In this document: piece after piece, positions 61,685-64,000 of the stretch | Layout: each line of letters opens with the position of its first letter | How positions within the stretch are numbered: position 1 is the first letter of the stretch | Assembly: GCF_036971445.1 (NCBI RefSeq) | Contig: NC_091472.1 | Coordinates: 93,434,001-93,498,000 of the forward strand | Length of the DNA stretch: 64,000 nt | DNA from: Narcine bancroftii | Lineage: Eukaryota | Direction of reading: 5' to 3' | Notes under the pieces: generated by a model | What the model saw: only the letters and a program-made list of their open reading frames with translations | What the model was told of the DNA's origin: nothing | Database searches by the model: none | Position numbers and translations under genes: made by a program

Positions 61685-63710
61685 TAACAGAAACAGAAAA
61701 ACTTGGTGTTAATGCTATCCAATTGTAGAATACGCAGATGGAATATTAGGTGTTGCTCCTCCAATTTATGGGCAGCCTTGGTTTGGCAATGCATGAGACC
61801 ATGGGCAGTGTAAGAGTGGGGCACGGATTCAAAATGGTTGACCACTGAAAGATCCCTACTATTTCCCAGTCTGCATCCAGTCACTGAAATATGGAGAGGG
61901 CCATAATGGGAACAATAGATTCAGAAGACGACCCTGCTTCACTTTGAAGGACTATTTGGGGCTTCGTATGGTGGTGTGGGGGCAACTGCAAAATTTCCGG
62001 CAGTCACAAGTGGAGGTGTCAAAGTGGTGTATAGTGGGAAGGAATGGGTGGACAAAGAAATCATAGAAGGAGCGGTCCGCAAGATGGAGGCAGAAAGACA
62101 GTGAAAGGGGAGAATGTCGTTAGAGATGGACCAAGTGAATTTGAAGGCGAGGTGAAAGTTAGCAAGAAAGAGGATAAAGTTACATGAAGTAGGAGCAATG
62201 TATTCATCGGTGTAGCAGAAGAAAGGTTGAGGGGCTTTGCCTGTTTAGGCTTGTGGCATAGATGCTCCATGTAGTTGGGATCCATGTAGATACCTATGGC
62301 TACCCCATTGATTAGGAGAAAGTGGAATGTTTCACAGGAGAAGTTATTGAGGGTGGGAATAAGTTCTGCCAAGTGGAGGAGGGTGGTAGTGGAAGATAAA
62401 TGATTGGTTCGTTTGAGAAAATAACAAAGGGCTTTGAGACCTTCACTTTGGAAGATAAAGGTTTATAGAGATTGGACGTCTATCTTGGGAGAAATATTTG
62501 TTGAAACATTTTCTCCAAAACCACCAACTCCCACAATTACCTCAACTACACCTCCTTACATTCTGCTGCCTGCAAGCATTCTGTTCCTTTCTCTCAATTC
62601 CTCCATCTCCATCACATCTGCTCTCAGGATGAAGTCTTCCATTCCAGATCATCTGCGATGTTCTCCTTCTTCAAAAACTTGGCATCCCTTCTACCACCAT
62701 CACCTCATCCCTGCAACTCCTTCATTTCCCACACATCTTCCCTGGTCCCTTCTACCCCAAGACATAACAAAGGCAGGATTCCAATGTCATCACCAACCAT
62801 CCCACCTGCCTCCACATTCAACATATTATCCTCCGAAATATCCATCATCTACTACATGATCCCACCACCTGACACGTATTCCCCTTTCCATCTTCCATGG
62901 GGATCACTCCTTCCCTTCTTCGTCCACTCATCCCTTCTCACTTACTCCCCCCTTGATACCTTCTCTTGTGTCCACAGAAAGTTCTGCACTTGCACCCACA
63001 CCTCTTCCCTCACCACTATTTGGGGCACTAAACAGTCCTTCCAAATGAAGCAGTACTTCACTTTTGAATAAGTGAGGGGTCACCTACTGCATCCACTGCT
63101 CCCTTTGTAGCCTTTACTGTATCAGAGAGACTGGACACAGACTGGAAGATCATTTTTCTGAGCACCTTCAAATTAACTGCAACAATTGTGGGTATCTTAC
63201 AGTGGCCAACTATTTCAATTCCACACCCCACTTCCATGCCAACATGTTTGTCCATGGTCTCATGCACTGCCAAACTGAGGCAATGCCTAATATTCCATCT
63301 AGACACTCTCCAACCACGTGGCATTAACATCATTCTCCAGTTCCTACAAGGCCACTCACCTGTCTCCCTCTCCTCTCCATCCCTCTGTCTCCTTTCCTGC
63401 AGCTCTCCAGCCTCTTTCCATTGAGTGAGCTATCCCCCTCCCCCTATTACTTCTCAGCTTTTTTCTCATGCCCTCCCACCCATATCTACCTATGACCCTG
63501 TGGTCCTCACCTGTCCCCCTGCCTCTTCACCCACCATTTTATTCAGATGTTTGCCTTTTTTTGCTCATACCTTGATGAAAGGCTCAGGCTCAAAATGGTG
63601 GTTTTGCGTATTAGCTTTGCTACGTAAAGAACTCTGTACAACTTGCTGAGTTACTTCAGCATTTTTGTGTAAACTACAATCACAGTGGCTGCAGATTTTA
63701 TTGTTTAACT
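61685..63710. mobile_element. Divergently oriented Penelope-like pair (61685-62450 -, 62460-63710 +)
   Basis: Minus: RT motif INGVAIG and GIY-YIG end LEEQHLIF. Plus: KQSFQMKQYFT GIY-YIG region and pseudo-LTR with hammerhead-like motif at 63569. Confidence 0.87.
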
Positions 63711-64000
63711 CCTTTCTGAGAAGTAAAAATGTTTTGTGAATATTTTGAAATTTTATTTCAAAATTAGATATTTCCTGTTGAACGTGGCAAACTTAAACCT
63801 CCGAGAGCACATGGGCTTTACACTGGGTGGCATCAATATCTTCAAAAGATGTCAATACATGTCAAACCAGATGTTTTCTCGATTTCATTTAAAATCTTCA
63901 GGGATTGAATGCATTACTTGATGCCCCCATCTAGGTGGCATTTTTTAATTAAGACTTCATTGAAAAGTGCTACAACAACCTTCCATTAATGTGTGAGACT

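Noticed and set aside
1-64000. CRISPR arrays, operons or other prokaryotic systems
   Set aside because: No regularly spaced repeats or gene-dense organisation; the sequence is eukaryotic repeat-rich DNA.

Overview
Eukaryotic, repeat-dominated window with no confidently identifiable host gene. The element mix (CR1, RTE, Rex1/Babar, L1 and L2 LINEs, tRNA-derived V-SINEs, Penelope-like elements, Gypsy and BEL/Pao LTR elements, hAT and Tc1/pogo MITEs) suggests a vertebrate, most likely a cartilaginous fish; this is inference. There are four LTR elements: Gypsy at 582-5833 (-), 17641-20449 (+) and 23513-~26850 (-), and BEL/Pao at 51186-56315 (+). Young RTE (16012-16880) and CR1 (38432-~40250) copies and several multi-level nested insertions are also present. 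The most notable observations: (1) the first Gypsy has no tRNA PBS but a perfect 17-nt complement to its own LTR poly(A)-signal region, suggesting self-priming or poly(A) masking, and an Asn in place of the second RT catalytic Asp; (2) about nine Penelope-associated minimal hammerhead motifs all have U at core position 3; (3) a composite hAT MITE of two palindromic units plus a captured spacer occurs twice; (4) a SAP-like motif lies at the start of the BEL coding region; (5) a patchwork insertion is built from three retroelement classes. Boundaries of degenerate fragments are approximate and were judged by eye.
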